This document shows positions 49,610 through 63,355 of a stretch of DNA of 64,000 bases, one piece after another. The stretch lies in NCBI GenBank assembly GCA_001662655.1, contig KV460208.1, one strand, 5' to 3'. Made by a program: the position numbers and the translations under genes. The stretch's first letter is position 1. Each line of letters begins with the position of its first letter. Below the pieces are notes generated by a model, which was given only the letters and a program-made list of their open reading frames with translations, had not been told where the DNA came from and did not search any database. The DNA is from Pseudogymnoascus verrucosus (lineage: Eukaryota).

Positions 49610-50534
49610 GGCCTGTCAAATAAGCGACCTCACAAATCTTATATTATAACAAAGACTGAGAGAGACGCAATACCCATGCTACAGCATTTTTTTTTGGAGG
49701 GTGTCGGGAGGCCTTCGTTGCTAGTATTTTTTATAATATTTAATATATCTAACTCCCCATCCTCATCACAGGGAGCCATTATTTTTTAAATTACCCCCAT
49801 TGTCACCAACAGGAAGGAGCGACCCAGACCGCCGACTTCTCACAAAAGGAAGGCACGATGCTACGGACCTACAAGGGAAGGAACGAACGAGCCAATCAAT
49901 ACACGAGGGAAGGCACGAGGAGACCTTACGTTAACTTATCTCTAGCTGAAATCATGAAGAAGTGTCATTATTGACGGAAAGAGCGAACCAAAATACGTAA
50001 TTTCTCACAGTGGGGGAAGGTGCGAAGGACAGGCACATTCAACAACCGTCAATTGAGACTCTCAAAACTACAAAAACCACAAACAAGAAGATCAAAAAAG
50101 AATCAACAAGTCTGTCTAGTAACAGCAGTAAGATAAGATCCTCCAAACCCCATGGAGTAGCCCATATAACCTCATACAAAAAAATCCATTTGCGAAAATA
50201 AAACTCCAACACACAATAATAACCTCGTCAACACCAACCAACCACCCCTCTCATTTTGTTTTCATCCCACATTAAACTCAAAAAAAAAAAGCCAAAAGAA
50301 AACGAAAAAAGAGTTACTCCAAACAAAGAATCAAAAGAACCTCGTACATAAAATCAAACCCCCAACCCCAAATACCAAATCCAGTGATGAGCTCTTCACA
50401 CACTAGATCCCCCCTATACACCAAACCCACCCCCATCCCATGAAAGAGACATACATACGCCATATCAATACGCCCCATGCACAAACTTCAACAAACCCGT
50501 TCTGCTGCTGCCAATCCAATCTCTGCCAGCCAGC

Positions 50535-52727
50535 CTATCTCCTCGACTTCGGCATAGCAAGCATCTTAAGCCTACTCAAACTCAACCCCCCCGCCCTCCT
50601 CGCCGGACTCGGAATACTACTCTTCGGCGCCATCTGCTCCTTCACAATCTTCTTCGCCATCGTCTCCACCTCCCCCTCCATCACATTTCCCCTCCTCTTC
50701 TTCGGCGAGCGCTCCTCCTGCCCCTCATCAGCAGACTCCGCAACACGCGCCCTCTTCTTCTTCATCTCCGGCGCCGTCACATCCATCTCATCCGGCGACG
50801 CAGCGCGCGCACGCTTCTTATTCGCCAACCCGTGCGGAATGGCAGGTGCCTCGTTCTCCTTGTCTGCGTCAGGGAATGCGCCCGGCATGGCGGTGGGAGG
50901 GAGGATGCTGGAACGTACTTGGCGGATGCTTGATTGTCCTGGGGACGTGCCCAGGTTGCGCTGCTGTGGTGGCACGGGGGGAGTGCCGAATTTGATGGTC
51001 TGGCCGCTGGTGAAGGTGAAGACGCCTGGGACGGCGGGGATAGCTGGGACGACTGCGATGGGCTGCAGGGGCGTGCGTGAGAGGGTGGGGGAGGAGGGGA
51101 GTTGGGGCAGGGAGGGGTAGGTGATGGTGCTCTCGGGTTGCTTCTCGGTTGGGCGGGTAACAGATTTGGAGGCCGATGGGAGGGTGGGGTAGGCCACTGA
51201 GTTGAGGTTGGCGAAGGACTTTGAGCGGGGGATGTTGGACTTGAGTGGTGTAGGGGAGTGGTGGGGCTCGTTCTTCGTGGCAGTGGTGGGAGTGAAGTTG
51301 ACATGCTTAGTGCTCTTTGAACGAGGGAGGGTTTTGGCCGTAGGTGTTGCTGGTGCAGATGGAATCTCCTGACGAAGATTTGCCCTGCTAGGGCTCTTCA
51401 TCAATGATGGAATGGAGCTTGGCGGAGGCGGCATAGTATTATCCGCATGAGCGGTTGGACGACGAAGGATAGACTTCATCTTGTCGGTGAATTTGTGGGT
51501 AGATTCCGACCTGGAGAGGCTAGACAGGTTATTCATGGTAGCAGACTTGACGAGCCCGGGCGTCAAAGCGATCTTTGAAGGAGACCGACGCAAAACATTC
51601 TGAGGTGTACCATCCTGCTTAATGCCAGCAGCACGTGCAAGCGAAGACTGTGTTGGGGTAGAAAGCGAGTTCAAAAAGTTCGCGGTACGTCCAGTAGTCG
51701 GCGTTGATGGCTTGCTCGGCGGCTGCATGTTAGCATCCCTCGAGCTTGGTCTGGCAAATGACGTATCACGAGCACCCATTTGGCGAGCACGCTTTGCTGG
51801 AGCCTCATTATCGGGGCAAACCGATGGTCGAACCAACTTGATGGTCTGTTTGGCAGGGCTGGCATCTCGGTCAGCCAGGTTGGCCTTTGACTGGGTGCGC
51901 TTGAGGGTTTTGGCAAGTGGTGTGGTTTGCTTGGCAGGGTTGACATCTCGATCAGCCAGGTTTGCCTTCGACTGGGTTCGCTTGAGAGACTTTGCAACCG
52001 GTGTGATGCGTCCAGGCTGGGCTCTGAAAGCAGAAGGATGGGCAGCAATAGAATCCATCTTCTTAAACTCCGCCATATGGACATCACTATATCGACCAGC
52101 CTTGCCCTTCGGCTGCGCAAACTTTCGTCCAGAAAGTACGCCGAGGATGTCACCCCCATTCATAGCGATCTCCTCGTCTCTCTTAGCAGCAAGCTCTGCC
52201 TTGATGCGTCGAGCATCCTCACGGATCTCATCCATCATCTGCTGGGCCTCAGGACCCAGGGAAGGGGCTGGCTTCGCAAATCTGAACTCGAATTCCGACG
52301 ACGAATTTATGTTGAGCTTCGACGGTGTCTCCGGCTTTCTCGCCCCAATATCAGTGAAGCCATGTCTAATACCCTCGTCTTCCTTCTTTGTAGTGCTTTG
52401 CTGGTTCTTGCTCGGGTGCATCTCTTCGCGCGGAGGCTTGATACGTCCCGCCGTCGTCGGGGTGTTGGGAACTTGCGGTGAAGCTTCGACGACGTCGAAG
52501 GTCGAGCGAGCAGCAGCACCGCGGCTGGGGGTTCCCTCCTGCTCACCAATCGGTGCAAGGTTATTGGAGGTGGGTTCATTTCTCTGTGTGGCAGCACAGT
52601 TGGGTCAGCATGGTTGAAAGTGGAAACCGTGGTGCGTGAAAGGAAGGCCGCAAACGGATTTGCTTACCTTGTAAGGGGTGTTTTTGCTCCCCCGAATCCT
52701 CGACGAGCGGCGTCGAAGAGGGGACAT
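50535..52727 (-). CDS. Basic, disordered, TP/SP-rich hypothetical protein with a NuSAP-like motif and a KEN box, 2 exons
   Basis: Exon 1 (52727-52668, MSPLRRRSSRIRGSKNTPYK) and intron 52667-52584 lead in frame into ORF 50535-52421. Contains YSDVHMAEFKKMDSI and DKEN. Confidence 0.75.
51843..52004 (-). repeat. Tandem duplication of 81 nt (27 aa) inside the CDS
   Basis: TPVAKSLKRTQSKANLADRDVNPAKQT / TPLAKTLKRTQSKANLADRDASPAKQT. Confidence 0.9.
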
Positions 52728-55700
52728 GGCGAATTCTTTGCGATGGGTTCGGTTTGGTAAAAAGTTTGGATATTCTGGATAGGGACACACTTGCAGTGAT
52801 GGAAATAGAATTACCCTTCCCAGGCTATTCTTGGAAAGGTTTGGGAGTGGGGTTGTGGGATTAATTGGAGGAGTTAAGGTGTCCGAAGATAAGATTCGTC
52901 GGGGGGCTTGTTTGTTTACGTGTGGTCATAGCTCCTAGCGACAAGGGTGTTGGTGATAGCAGCCTCAGGCACCTACAACATTTTTCAAGGCGACAATAAA
53001 AATAAAAATAGAGTAAGGTACATTGAGTCTAGTACCACCATACAAACAAGAGCCGGTGAACTTTCCCCAGATACGTTCTAACTTTATGGCCCTGGCTATA
53101 TCGCATTTCGGCACTTTCAGGTATCACTATTCTATCTAAGAGCGAACACCTAGTGAACACCTCGCACATCATCAATCTCAATGCATGTAACCCCTGTGGT
53201 GCTCACTCTTGGCGGCTAAGCAAGAAGAACCATAGTATAGCGGGCCACAGAGAGGGTCTAGAGGGTCCTCAGTGTGCGACGGACTCTCGAGCGATGGCCG
53301 CATCGAGAGGGCCCGATCGAGTAGGTATGCGCACTGAACACTGCCGCCGACAGCAGATCCTGTGACAGCTATAGGGAGAAACCAGCACATAGCATTATGA
53401 GGGACGAGGGATGAGGAGGTCTGTCTGTCTGTCTTTCTCTCCAATGGCGGTGTTCCATCACACTTGCCAACGCCGTGTATGATCCCGCGGTTCTGGTCAG
53501 GAGGAGGGATCGTGCATACCTTCCTGTGCGTCCCCCATCTGATTCAAGTCATGCGGCTTTGAAAGCTTTGCAAAGGGCCTCGACCTCCTCAAACCGCAGA
53601 AGGCGAGTCGCAAACATGCCGTGTTCCCCCTCTCAGACCACGTGAGCTTGAGGTATAAACTAGAACTATAGTAGAATCCAACGTGACTGCCGACCCTGCC
53701 TATGGATGTGCAGGACCAGCAGGATCCCTTACATGGAGTACGTGCTTCTTGGTGCATGTTCTGTGAGGTGACGAATCTGGCTGGGCCTGCGGGCGGATGA
53801 ATGTTTGGGCGGGGAGGACCGGCATGGCGAATTCCGCTGGGCAGGGCAGGGAGGGAGCGTGAACCTGGATGGATGGTCTTGGTCTGGTCTGCTGATGTGA
53901 GGAGAGGCAGGGAAAGGAGGGCTTGGAATGGGATGGAATGGGAAGGGGGAGTTGGTTGAGTGAAAAACTCTTCCTTGCTCTCACACGATTTCAAAGAAGA
54001 AGAAAGCACGACATTATGGGTCGGTGGTGTGTCGTCTCCCTTTTAATACATGCGTAGTAGATATCAGATATATCAGATAAGGCACTAGAGATATCAACCC
54101 CCCCAAACCCCCAATGATCTGTAGTCCAGGATGCTTCAGATAAGGTTGTAGGGAGAGATAAGGATTGCTACAGGAGTTTGGTTGGAAAGATTGGAGAAAC
54201 GCCACTCGTGAGGCATAAGAAACGCCCATCCCCCACAGCCTGGCCGTCTCCGAGGAGATACTGAACTGCGCCTATTCTAAGAAACAAGGCGTCGTGGATC
54301 CAGCCGAATCAGTCTGCCTGGCGTATCCAATAATGCCCACTACCACGCCTAGTATGGAGTTTTCTCGGTGGAGGACGCAATCCCATCGCTCTTCACACCG
54401 GACTCTACAGTTCGTGCGTGCAGTTCGTGTGAAAGTTCGTATGTTCCACTACTCCAGCTTGCAGCATGCACGGAGCTCTTCCGTGTTAACCGAGCGAGTG
54501 AAGCAAGTCTCAAGCTGGCGAAACCTGTCGTCGAACCTGTCGTCGTCCCTGGCCTCAGCTTGAAGAATTCCAGAGACACCGGACTGCCGACATGTCACAT
54601 CCCATCGTATAAATTGACCCTGTAACTGTCTAATTAACCCCTCGCCGAACACCTACGGCAAGTTCCCCCTCCCCCGTGACTTCCGCCACAGAAACCAGAA
54701 GAGAAAGCGCCATTTACAGTTCGAAGTACGAAGGCGTGTTCAAAATCCCAGACTGTCTCCACATCTACCGCCAACGGACCCATAAACCACAGCGCAAAGC
54801 GAACGAACGAAAGAAAAAAAAGAGGGTCAGGATCGCATCCCACATCCCTTAGTAAGCTCCACCCCGCCGACCACGGCATCTCATTGCGCCGCACCGCCCA
54901 GCGCCAAAAACGCACTAGCCTTTGACCCCCTCCACCCCTCTTCCCAGCCAATAGCCGCCTCACGCAGTCCCGGGTAGCAAAAATCTCTTCGCGCAAATTA
55001 TGGCCAGGTGACGTCCTGAAGCGGGCAAGTGGTGGTGCTTGGCGATGGGGGCCCTTGGCGGTTCTTTTTTTGCACTTGCCAACGTCACTTTTTAGTGGGG
55101 GGGGGGTAAGGCAAGTCCGGAGGCGGGCACCATGATGGCTTGGGCTGGGTTGAGGGAGGAGGTGACGATTATGCTATTTCGGGCAGGTCGAAACGAAGGC
55201 GAGGAGTGGGAGAGGGATTGGACCCCACATTTCAGCCTGTATGGCTAGAATGGTGCAAAGGAAGCAAGTGTTGGGATCTTCCATATATAACGCGGGACGA
55301 ACGGTACTCTAGACCCCTAAAGTTCTGGCCATTAAGGTGGCTTTGCGATAACGGAGGCGGCTTTTGTTTACTGTGTAGTTTATTTCTGATGCCTCGAGTC
55401 TCCTTCTTGATTGACAGGCAGTGAGTGAGCGGGCAGGCGTGCCTTTCCTTTGAATGAAGACATCGTCGCCCTCTTGGACTTTGCCAAGTGAGTAGCAGTG
55501 GCCCAGGTACCGTGCGTTGGCGAGCCCATCCCGCCATCATGTCCGCGGTTGGTCCGAAGCATCAACGAAGTGGGTATATCGACGAAAGGAAGAGGGAAGG
55601 CTTTCTCCCCCCTCCCCCCACCCTATGCGTCCTACATCGGCGCCATGTCAAGGTGCATCGGATTAGTGGGAAAAGGCTACATGGCTTCCTTGTCTTACTT

Positions 55701-58428
55701 GTAAGAAATAGCGCTGGTTTCCTTCTTAGCCCGCTCATCATGCCCATGTCGACCGTCCGTCCGCTTCCTGGCCTGGCAAGGCAAGAACAGACGCCGATGA
55801 GGGGTGTGATGTGCGATGTGCGGTGCAGGACCTGGGAACGGACGCAGCGACTTGCGCGATTGCGCGCCCCTTGCCTGTCCTTGGGATGTGTGCGGGGAAA
55901 GCCAATCATGGGCGCGAGGGAAGGGCCCTGATGAGCATGGGTGATGGGATATGCATCGTACTAATACAGGAGGGTAGTGGGTAGTAGTGCTGTTACGCAC
56001 GAACTAGATAGGGTACCGGCAATCTTTGGTTGCATGATGATGGCGGCGTTTTTTTGCTTTTTTTCGCACAAGGGGGGCTTTTGGCGGCAGGCATGGGTTT
56101 GTTTGGAGCACGGATGGGATCGTGCTGCCTGGCTGGATGGGATGGCTGGCTAGATGGTTGTTGCAGGTGGTTGTTGCAGTTTTACAGGCAGAGTGCAGGG
56201 CAAGTGTGCAGGCGGGTACATGCTGCTCTCCCGAACAGCCACCCTTCGCCGAATGGGTACGACACGACGTGGGTGGTTTGGTGGTTGGAGGGAAGGAATG
56301 ACGGATGGTATGGAAAAGTCAAGCATACAGAAGCATTCAAGGAAGGAGGAGAGATGGGCACAAGTACATACACTAGAGTTCTCTTTGCTTCTACTGTGGA
56401 CATCATACTACAGATGTCCACAATTGAAGTACGAAGGCGATGCGAGTAAGGCTTGGAGAAGAAGTAAAGGGGATCCATAGCGAATGACGCAGCATCGTGG
56501 GCTTCTTTCTCCACGTACGTATATGTACGTCTCTAGGTCTCTACCATAGTACTACGCTCATCTCTGTGTCTGTCTGTACTCTAGCTTGGCGGAGTGGCGG
56601 ACTTGTTTCGATCCCCTCCCCTCCCATCCCATCCCATCCACATCATCCCTCGCATCATCATCCCTCGTTCTACTTCCAGTGCTCTCCTTTCCTCTCCTCT
56701 CCTCCGCGTCTCTTCCAAGCCAAGCCCCTCCAAGTCCGACCGCCATGGGGGCCCCCACTCCACTCTTATAACGGCGTCGGGCGCCGGGATCACCGACTAC
56801 TTGCAGCCAGCACCTGCAGCAAGCACCAGCACCACGGCCATCTTTTGCCAGCCCGTTCGCAAGGACATCAGTTCCCCATGAAGCAAGAAGTCAGTGCAGG
56901 AGTTGCAGCCAAGAGTCAAGTTGCAGGCCGTCTGTTCCTTGACCATACCACACACTATACTCCATACTAGAGTAACTTTGTATGGTGGTATGTGCTGTGC
57001 TGTGCTGTGCTGTGCCCTCAAATACAGTACTGCACGCGGAAACATAGACGCCAATATCCACCCACCTAGCCCAGCCCTTTTTACTTTCGTCTCCTCCTAT
57101 TCCTCTTTCGGGATACTAGCTCCGTGTCTGTGTTTCTGGTGTTTCTGCCTCGTCGCGGTGCTAGAAGGTGTCACAGTACCATTAGACGACTAGACGTACG
57201 TCCCATGTCCCACGTCCGCGTCCACATACATACATCGTTCATCGTACATCGTACATCACGCCGCTTACTCGAGTGTACTCTACTTACCAGTCAGTATAAC
57301 AGGCCTCCTAGTATAATATAGCCAGTCGTAGTCTCAGCCCATTAAGAACGTCTAGTCGTCTAGTCGTATAGTCCGTATAGTTAAACCATACCATACCACT
57401 TCGTACACTCTAGTAGGGGGAAAAAATGGCTACAAAAAAAAAGATGGGCTTGGCGGGTCTTTCTTTGCCCCAGCCTTTTATTCGAATAAACACAATTCAC
57501 TGGTCCCCCATCCATCCCCATCCATCCCCATCCGTTCCCTCCGTCCCCACGTAACCGCAGACCCCTGGTCTGGTCCCCTCCTCTAGGCCTTAACCCTTCT
57601 TTCCTAACAATTCTTCACCACCACTCCCATCATCCACCCTCTCCCAGTGCCAGTCAGTGGCACCCACCTTAACCACACCCACCCACCTACCACAACCACC
57701 CCCCAGTCCTTCACCATCAATCCATCCACCTCCTAAAAAAGACCCCTGCTCTTTCTATTCTTTCTGCTCCTTTGCCCCCCCCATCCATCCACCAACCCCC
57801 CCCCCTACTACCATCATAACCCCCTCCCCTCCACATATTCCCCTCCCCCTCCCAAAAAAACAACAACAGCTTTAAACTAACTCAATCGCCTTCTGCCACT
57901 TTTCCCCTCTTCTTTAACTCCTTCCCCCAACAATTCCTTTTTCGTGTTCCCCCCCCCTACACACATAAACCATCCGCTTTCACTACTACTACCACTACTA
58001 CTGCTACACTACTCTCGCCTCAAAGAATATCCTCTACTCCCACACCCATTATATGTTTTCATTACCCAACTCTTTACACACAGAAACACTTCTGCCTCCA
58101 GACGTTGCTGTTTCCTTACTCGATCCCAGCCTACTACGCTACACTTATCACATCTCATCGTCGCTACTACTACCATTACCGCTACTACGACCACCACCGC
58201 TGCCACTACCGCTTACCCCGGATATACGCGTCTAGATCAGGTACTCTGCACCTTGCCTGCAAACCCTTGGAATACTCCCCGTAGTAGACGCGCTCGAACA
58301 ACCTACCACACACCGCCGCTACTCTCACTACTCTACTCTTACCTTCTACCTCCCACGTAGACTCGCCGTCACCCTCTTGGCTAACGCAGCTTTGTCGTCT
58401 ACCCCCCAGACTACAAAGGTTTTGCCGT

Positions 58429-58467
58429 ATGGCGGTCGCGCAAAGGAGATTCCCAGTCAATCTTTGA
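58429..58467 (+). promoter_or_regulatory. 12-codon upstream ORF (MAVAQRRFPVNL*) in the bZIP leader
   Basis: ATG 58429 to TGA 58465-58467, in frame with the main ATG (58486) and ending 18 nt before it. Confidence 0.55.
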
Positions 58468-58485
58468 AGTCTGCCCCTCCTAGCA

Positions 58486-59816
58486 ATGGACGAGAAGATG
58501 TCGATCGACAAGAAAGAAGACATGAGAGAGGCTTCTGTGGACTCCATGGAGTCTACCCCCGAGGCCGACGCCGGACCGCCCAACCAGGAACATACCGAGC
58601 AGCCCAAGCGCAAGGGAGGCCGCAAGCCAGTATGTAACACCAGCCGGAGACACTGTGCCTGGCAAACAGTCGCTGACCTTTCTACTTAGATATACGCCAC
58701 CTCCGAGGAGCGCAAGCAGCGGAACCGACAGGCCCAGGCGGCTTTCCGTGAGCGCCGTACCGAGTACATCAAGCAGCTGGAGGAGACTATCCGAGTCCAT
58801 GAGACAAACCTCCACAGCCTCCAGACCGCCCATAGAAGCGCGGCGGACGAGTGCCTCATGCTCAGATACAAGAACTCCCTGCTGGAGCGGATCCTGCTCG
58901 AGAAGGGTACGTTATACGATATAAATTATAAGGCGGAGGTACTGACTTATTTACAGGAATCGACGTCCAGTCCGAATTGCGCGCAAAGACAGGCAGCCCT
59001 TCTCTTGGTCCCACTCATATGCCCCAGGGAATGGCCATGCCTCCAACGGTCCAACGGGCAATCATGAACCGTCACCACCAGGCACGACGATCGAACTCGA
59101 ACATCGCACCCAAGCTTGAGCCTGTGGTGCCTCTTGGTAACCCCTCACCACAATCTCGGCCAACACCCTCGTCCCACCACTCTTCGCCAACCTCGACATC
59201 TCCCGGGTTTGCGCAAGCAAACGTGTTGACACCTCCAGCGCCAGAAGCTCAGATTCAGCAGCAGCAGCGTGCTCACCAGCCGCTGAAGCCGCAGATGAAC
59301 CACGGGCTCGGTGTTTCGGTAGGACCGCAAAATGCTGGACTCGGACCGGCTTTGAAGGGAATACAGGCCGCCGCTGGGGCCGGAGATGCTCCTGCAGCGT
59401 ACTACCCCTCTTTCCAGAATCACATCGAACAACTAGGTAAGCTAGCCCAACCCCCCCTCTGGTTCGCTGGAGACAGCCCTGTCGAGTCTGGTCCTAACTC
59501 CGTGGCCACAGAACAAGAATACGACGCTCAGACCGACATCGTCTCCGACCAAGACCAACCCGAATCTGCCGGCCCAGGACCATACCCTACGCCATTCGCA
59601 CTTCCACCGATGATGAACCCCCAACAACAACAACAGCAACAACAACGCCAGCAGCCTCGGACAACACAGGCCGGCGAGCACGTACCCGGATTCAACTCGA
59701 TGACCCAGCAGCTGCTGGACCCTTACGACCCGATGCTGGACATGGACCCATTCGGCCTGTCGGCGAGCATGCACTTCCCCACCCAATTTACCTTTGACAC
59801 GAGTTCGATGCGCTGA
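58486..59816 (+). CDS. bZIP transcription factor (Yap-like basic region), 4 exons
   Basis: Introns 58630-58689, 58907-58956, 59437-59511. The spliced sequence is KRKGGRKPIYATSEERKQRNRQAQAAFRERRTEYIKQLE...LRYKNSLLERILLEKG, with poly-Q near the C-terminus. Confidence 0.9.
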
Positions 59817-61097
59817 GACCGGAAATGTTAATGATACCCTCGGAAATAAAAGTTTTTGTACCTTTTTTTGGAGTTCTCACACACACAAAATGGCATTGCA
59901 GGCGCAATTTGGGAGGGGAATTTTTGCTTGTTTATAGGGGTTTATTTTATTTTATTATCTCTGGGCTTCGGAAATGGGCATCCTGCTCTCGGATATGGCT
60001 ATTTTTGGGAAGGCCCGCCGGGAGGATAAATACAACGGAATGGTAAATAATAAATCATGAAAAACGATTGGACGCGGAGACGGAGTATAGGGCGGCTGGC
60101 AAAGGGCGGGGGGCATAACTGGGAGGCTGGACTGGGGCATTAAGGCAGAACTACTGTAGGGGATCAAATGGGTATCATCATTATCGAAGGCGACTTGAGT
60201 GTCGCTGGTCTCCGCGATGGCTACACAGTACACGGGAGCCGCTGCATTGCTGTAGTTAAGCTGGCTTTTCCCGAAGCTTCAAAAAAACATATCGAAAAAT
60301 GGAAGGGGGGGGAAGGAGGAGGAACGGAGGAAGGAGGGGCAAGAGGGGTCGTCGTCATGGGGAGGACGGGCGAGCTTTGAGCTTTTGAGCTATGTCGAAT
60401 GATATGTAGGAGGGTGGGGTCAGATGTACCTCTTAAAATAGCAAAAAATGCACAGCGGGCGTCGAGAGGAATTGTGTTTGGTTGGAGTCGTCATCGTTTG
60501 GAGTGTGTAAGCCAATTGTAGCGGGTGTAATTGAGTTTTAATTGATTGACGTTGAGGGGGTTGAAACTGGAATAGGAAGACTTCGTTTCGTCTCGTTTGT
60601 GCACTAGAATAATGGAATAAATAATGGATTTTCTTTTAAGATATTAATCGCCACAGTTATACTTATACTGTAGTACAATTCTCTATAAATGTAGTTTTTC
60701 TATAATGTAGTACAAATAGTAGAGTTAGAGTAACTAAACTATTCCATTAGACTAACTAACATAACTCCATACTTATTATAGCACTACGTAGTTGTTAATA
60801 GTACAGACAGTACTACTGGTCACTCTTTGCCCTACTTAAGCGAGAATGCAGCAAGGCGGAAATTTGAGGCATTACCGCATTTTGGCTACTACTGAAAGTT
60901 CTCGCCCTGCCAAACCGCTTTTGCCGTCTTCCATCGCACTTCAAGCCCAACCCAAGCTTCAGCAGCAACTTCACCATCTCGAGAGACAGGATCCTGATAT
61001 ATAGGATCTGTCCATCTCGAATCCCTCCAACCACCTACTCGAATTGTTTACTCGGTAGCAAGGCCTTCTTCGGAGGCACTTGAGCTAGGCGGACACG

Positions 61098-62555
61098 ATG
61101 ACTGACACCGTCGTTTCAAAGGTAAAGCGCAAAAATCCAATCCCCAAATCCCGATCAATTGCAGCTGCCGCGTCTGCGATTGCAGCAGCTGCGAAGACGG
61201 GCGAATGCGCGTGTTCTTTCGAGCTCGCGCAGTAAACATTGACCATGACTCGGATTGGAAGCTAACTCGTGTGATTTGCAGAACCTGTACGAGCTTCTCG
61301 GTATGACACCATCAACCCGTCGAAAAAACCCCACCGGAATTCTCGATGGCAAGCTACAAACGATGGGAATGGGAAGACTGACAGACGTGTCGTTTAGGAA
61401 ACAACCACGATGAGGACTCCGACAAGGAGCCCGAGCCACCTGTGAAGGTCATCGACAGGACTCCCGCTCGCACCGACAAGCGCAGCGCCCCCCGCGAGGC
61501 CCCAGGCGCCCCAGCGAACGTCGCCCCCCGTCGTGGACCCGGTGGCAACGAGGGAGGTTCGTAAACAATTCCCCGTGGCGCGAGTCAATTGAGCTTTCTG
61601 AGCTTTCCCCAGGCCAAATAGCGCTAGGATTTTTTAGCGCCAAGCAAGCTAACCTCGGTGTTTGATATACAGCTTACCGTGACCGCAACGCCGGCAGCGC
61701 CAACAACCGCACCAAGCCGACTGAGGACCGCACTGCTGGTACCTACGGTGGCCGTGGCGGCCGTGGTGGACCCCGTGGTGGACGTGGCGGACCTCGCCTG
61801 AACGACCGTCACTCCCGCGCTGTCGTCGGGTGAGCATCATCCCGTTCCCAATTGATACGCATGACCAAAAGCTAACTTCCCTTCCCAGTGACGCCGACAA
61901 GCAGGTTGCTCACGGCTGGGGCGGTGAGACCGGAGAGGCCGCCGGTGCCGACGAGGTCGCCGGTGAGGCCCTCGCCAAGGCCGACGGCAAGGTCGCTCTG
62001 ACCGAGGACGGCGACGCCGCCCCCGTCAACGCCGACGGCCGCACCCCCGAGGAGGAGGAGCAGGACAACAACGTGTCCTACGCCGACTACCTCATCGCTC
62101 AAGCCGAGAAGCTCTCCCTCTCCGCCTCCGCCACCCGCAAGGCCAACGAGGGCACCAAGGCGGACAAGAAGTGGGCCAGCGCCAGCGAGCTCAAGAAGGA
62201 GGAGGAGGAGGCCTTCATCGCCGCCGCCGCCACCAAGGCCAAGCGCGCCCGCGAGCGCAAGCAGAAGGAGGTCGTTGAGATTGACCAGCGCTTCGTCGAG
62301 CAGCCCAGCCGTGACTCCGGCCGTGGCGGCCGCGGACGCGGTGACGGACCCCGTCGCGGCGGTGATCGCGGCGAGCGCGGCAACTTCCGTGGCGAGCGCG
62401 GTGCCTTCCGTGGTCCTCGCGGTGATGGCGCCCCTCGTGGCGGACGTGGTGGTCCCCGTGGTGGTGCCCCGCGCACTGGTGGTGGTGCCCCCAGAGGCGG
62501 CGCTGCTCCCATCAACACTGAGGACCAGAAGGCTTTCCCCAGCCTGGGCGCTTAA
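61098..62555 (+). CDS. STM1: Stm1/SERBP1-like ribosome- and G4-associated RGG protein, 5 exons
   Basis: Exons 61098-61121, 61282-61300, 61398-61556, 61673-61829, 61889-62555 give MTDTVVSKNLYELLGN..., DRHSR, HGWG, SYADYL, RKANEG, RGG repeats and the terminal AFPSLGA. Strong C-ending codon bias suggests high expression. Confidence 0.9.
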
Positions 62556-63355
62556 GTGCTGCCTCACTGTTCATCGCAGTTACGCTGCTACTCTTTGCCA
62601 TCTTCGATTACTTAACCTCTTTTATGGGAACCTTTTTAATTAATGGATTCTGATCTGGGAGGGGGTGTTCGGGTGGTGTTTTTAGTTAGCAAGCAAGTTG
62701 GTTACTCCTCTCGCCAAAATAAATGAGAGGGGACGAATAGGTGGATGGTGGTGCGGGGGGGATGGATAAACTGGAAAATCTTTCTGTGTGTTGTTGTGGT
62801 TGTCTTATACTTTTTTTGTTTTGGCGTCCGTTCTCAACTGCGGATTGCTGGAGGAAAAGGGTTTTTATTAAAGAAATTAGGAAAAAATGTGAATTAGTAC
62901 TACTACTGCTTAATGCTTTGAACGTGTTGTGTTGAAGAGGATGTGATTTTTGATAGGAATGTTGGCTGGTGGACATATTGTTATCTTATATAATACTACT
63001 TATGTTAAAAGGATTTAAAATTTATAGTATTATTCTTATTACACTCGCAGATAACAAGCAAACGATCGTCGTTGATAAGTCGAGGCCCCCCTGATGTTAT
63101 CTGTCGTAAGCATTTGGCGAATACGCAGCCACAGCTTAGCCGCACATAAGAATTGAGTACGCAGTTACAAGAGAGGTGTCGGTACAGGGCTCAGGTGGAC
63201 TTAAAGGTTAAATTAATCTTCTAGCCTGTGTTGTGTTTCTCAATTCCAAATAATTCCTAAGCAAGTCGTACTGTTCTTCATCCAAATCCAAATCCAACCA
63301 CGTCATCATAACCAAACCTACAATAAAAATCCATCCCACATATTCGGATGGTGAC

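Noticed and set aside
51622..52617. Long antisense ORFs (also 61872-62567, 9375-9995 and others)
   Set aside because: Shadow ORFs opposite well-supported, codon-biased genes.
60600..60815. AT/TpA-rich patch as a RIP-mutated transposon relic
   Set aside because: Too short, with no terminal repeats or transposase remnants. It could simply be promoter-proximal AT-rich DNA of STM1.
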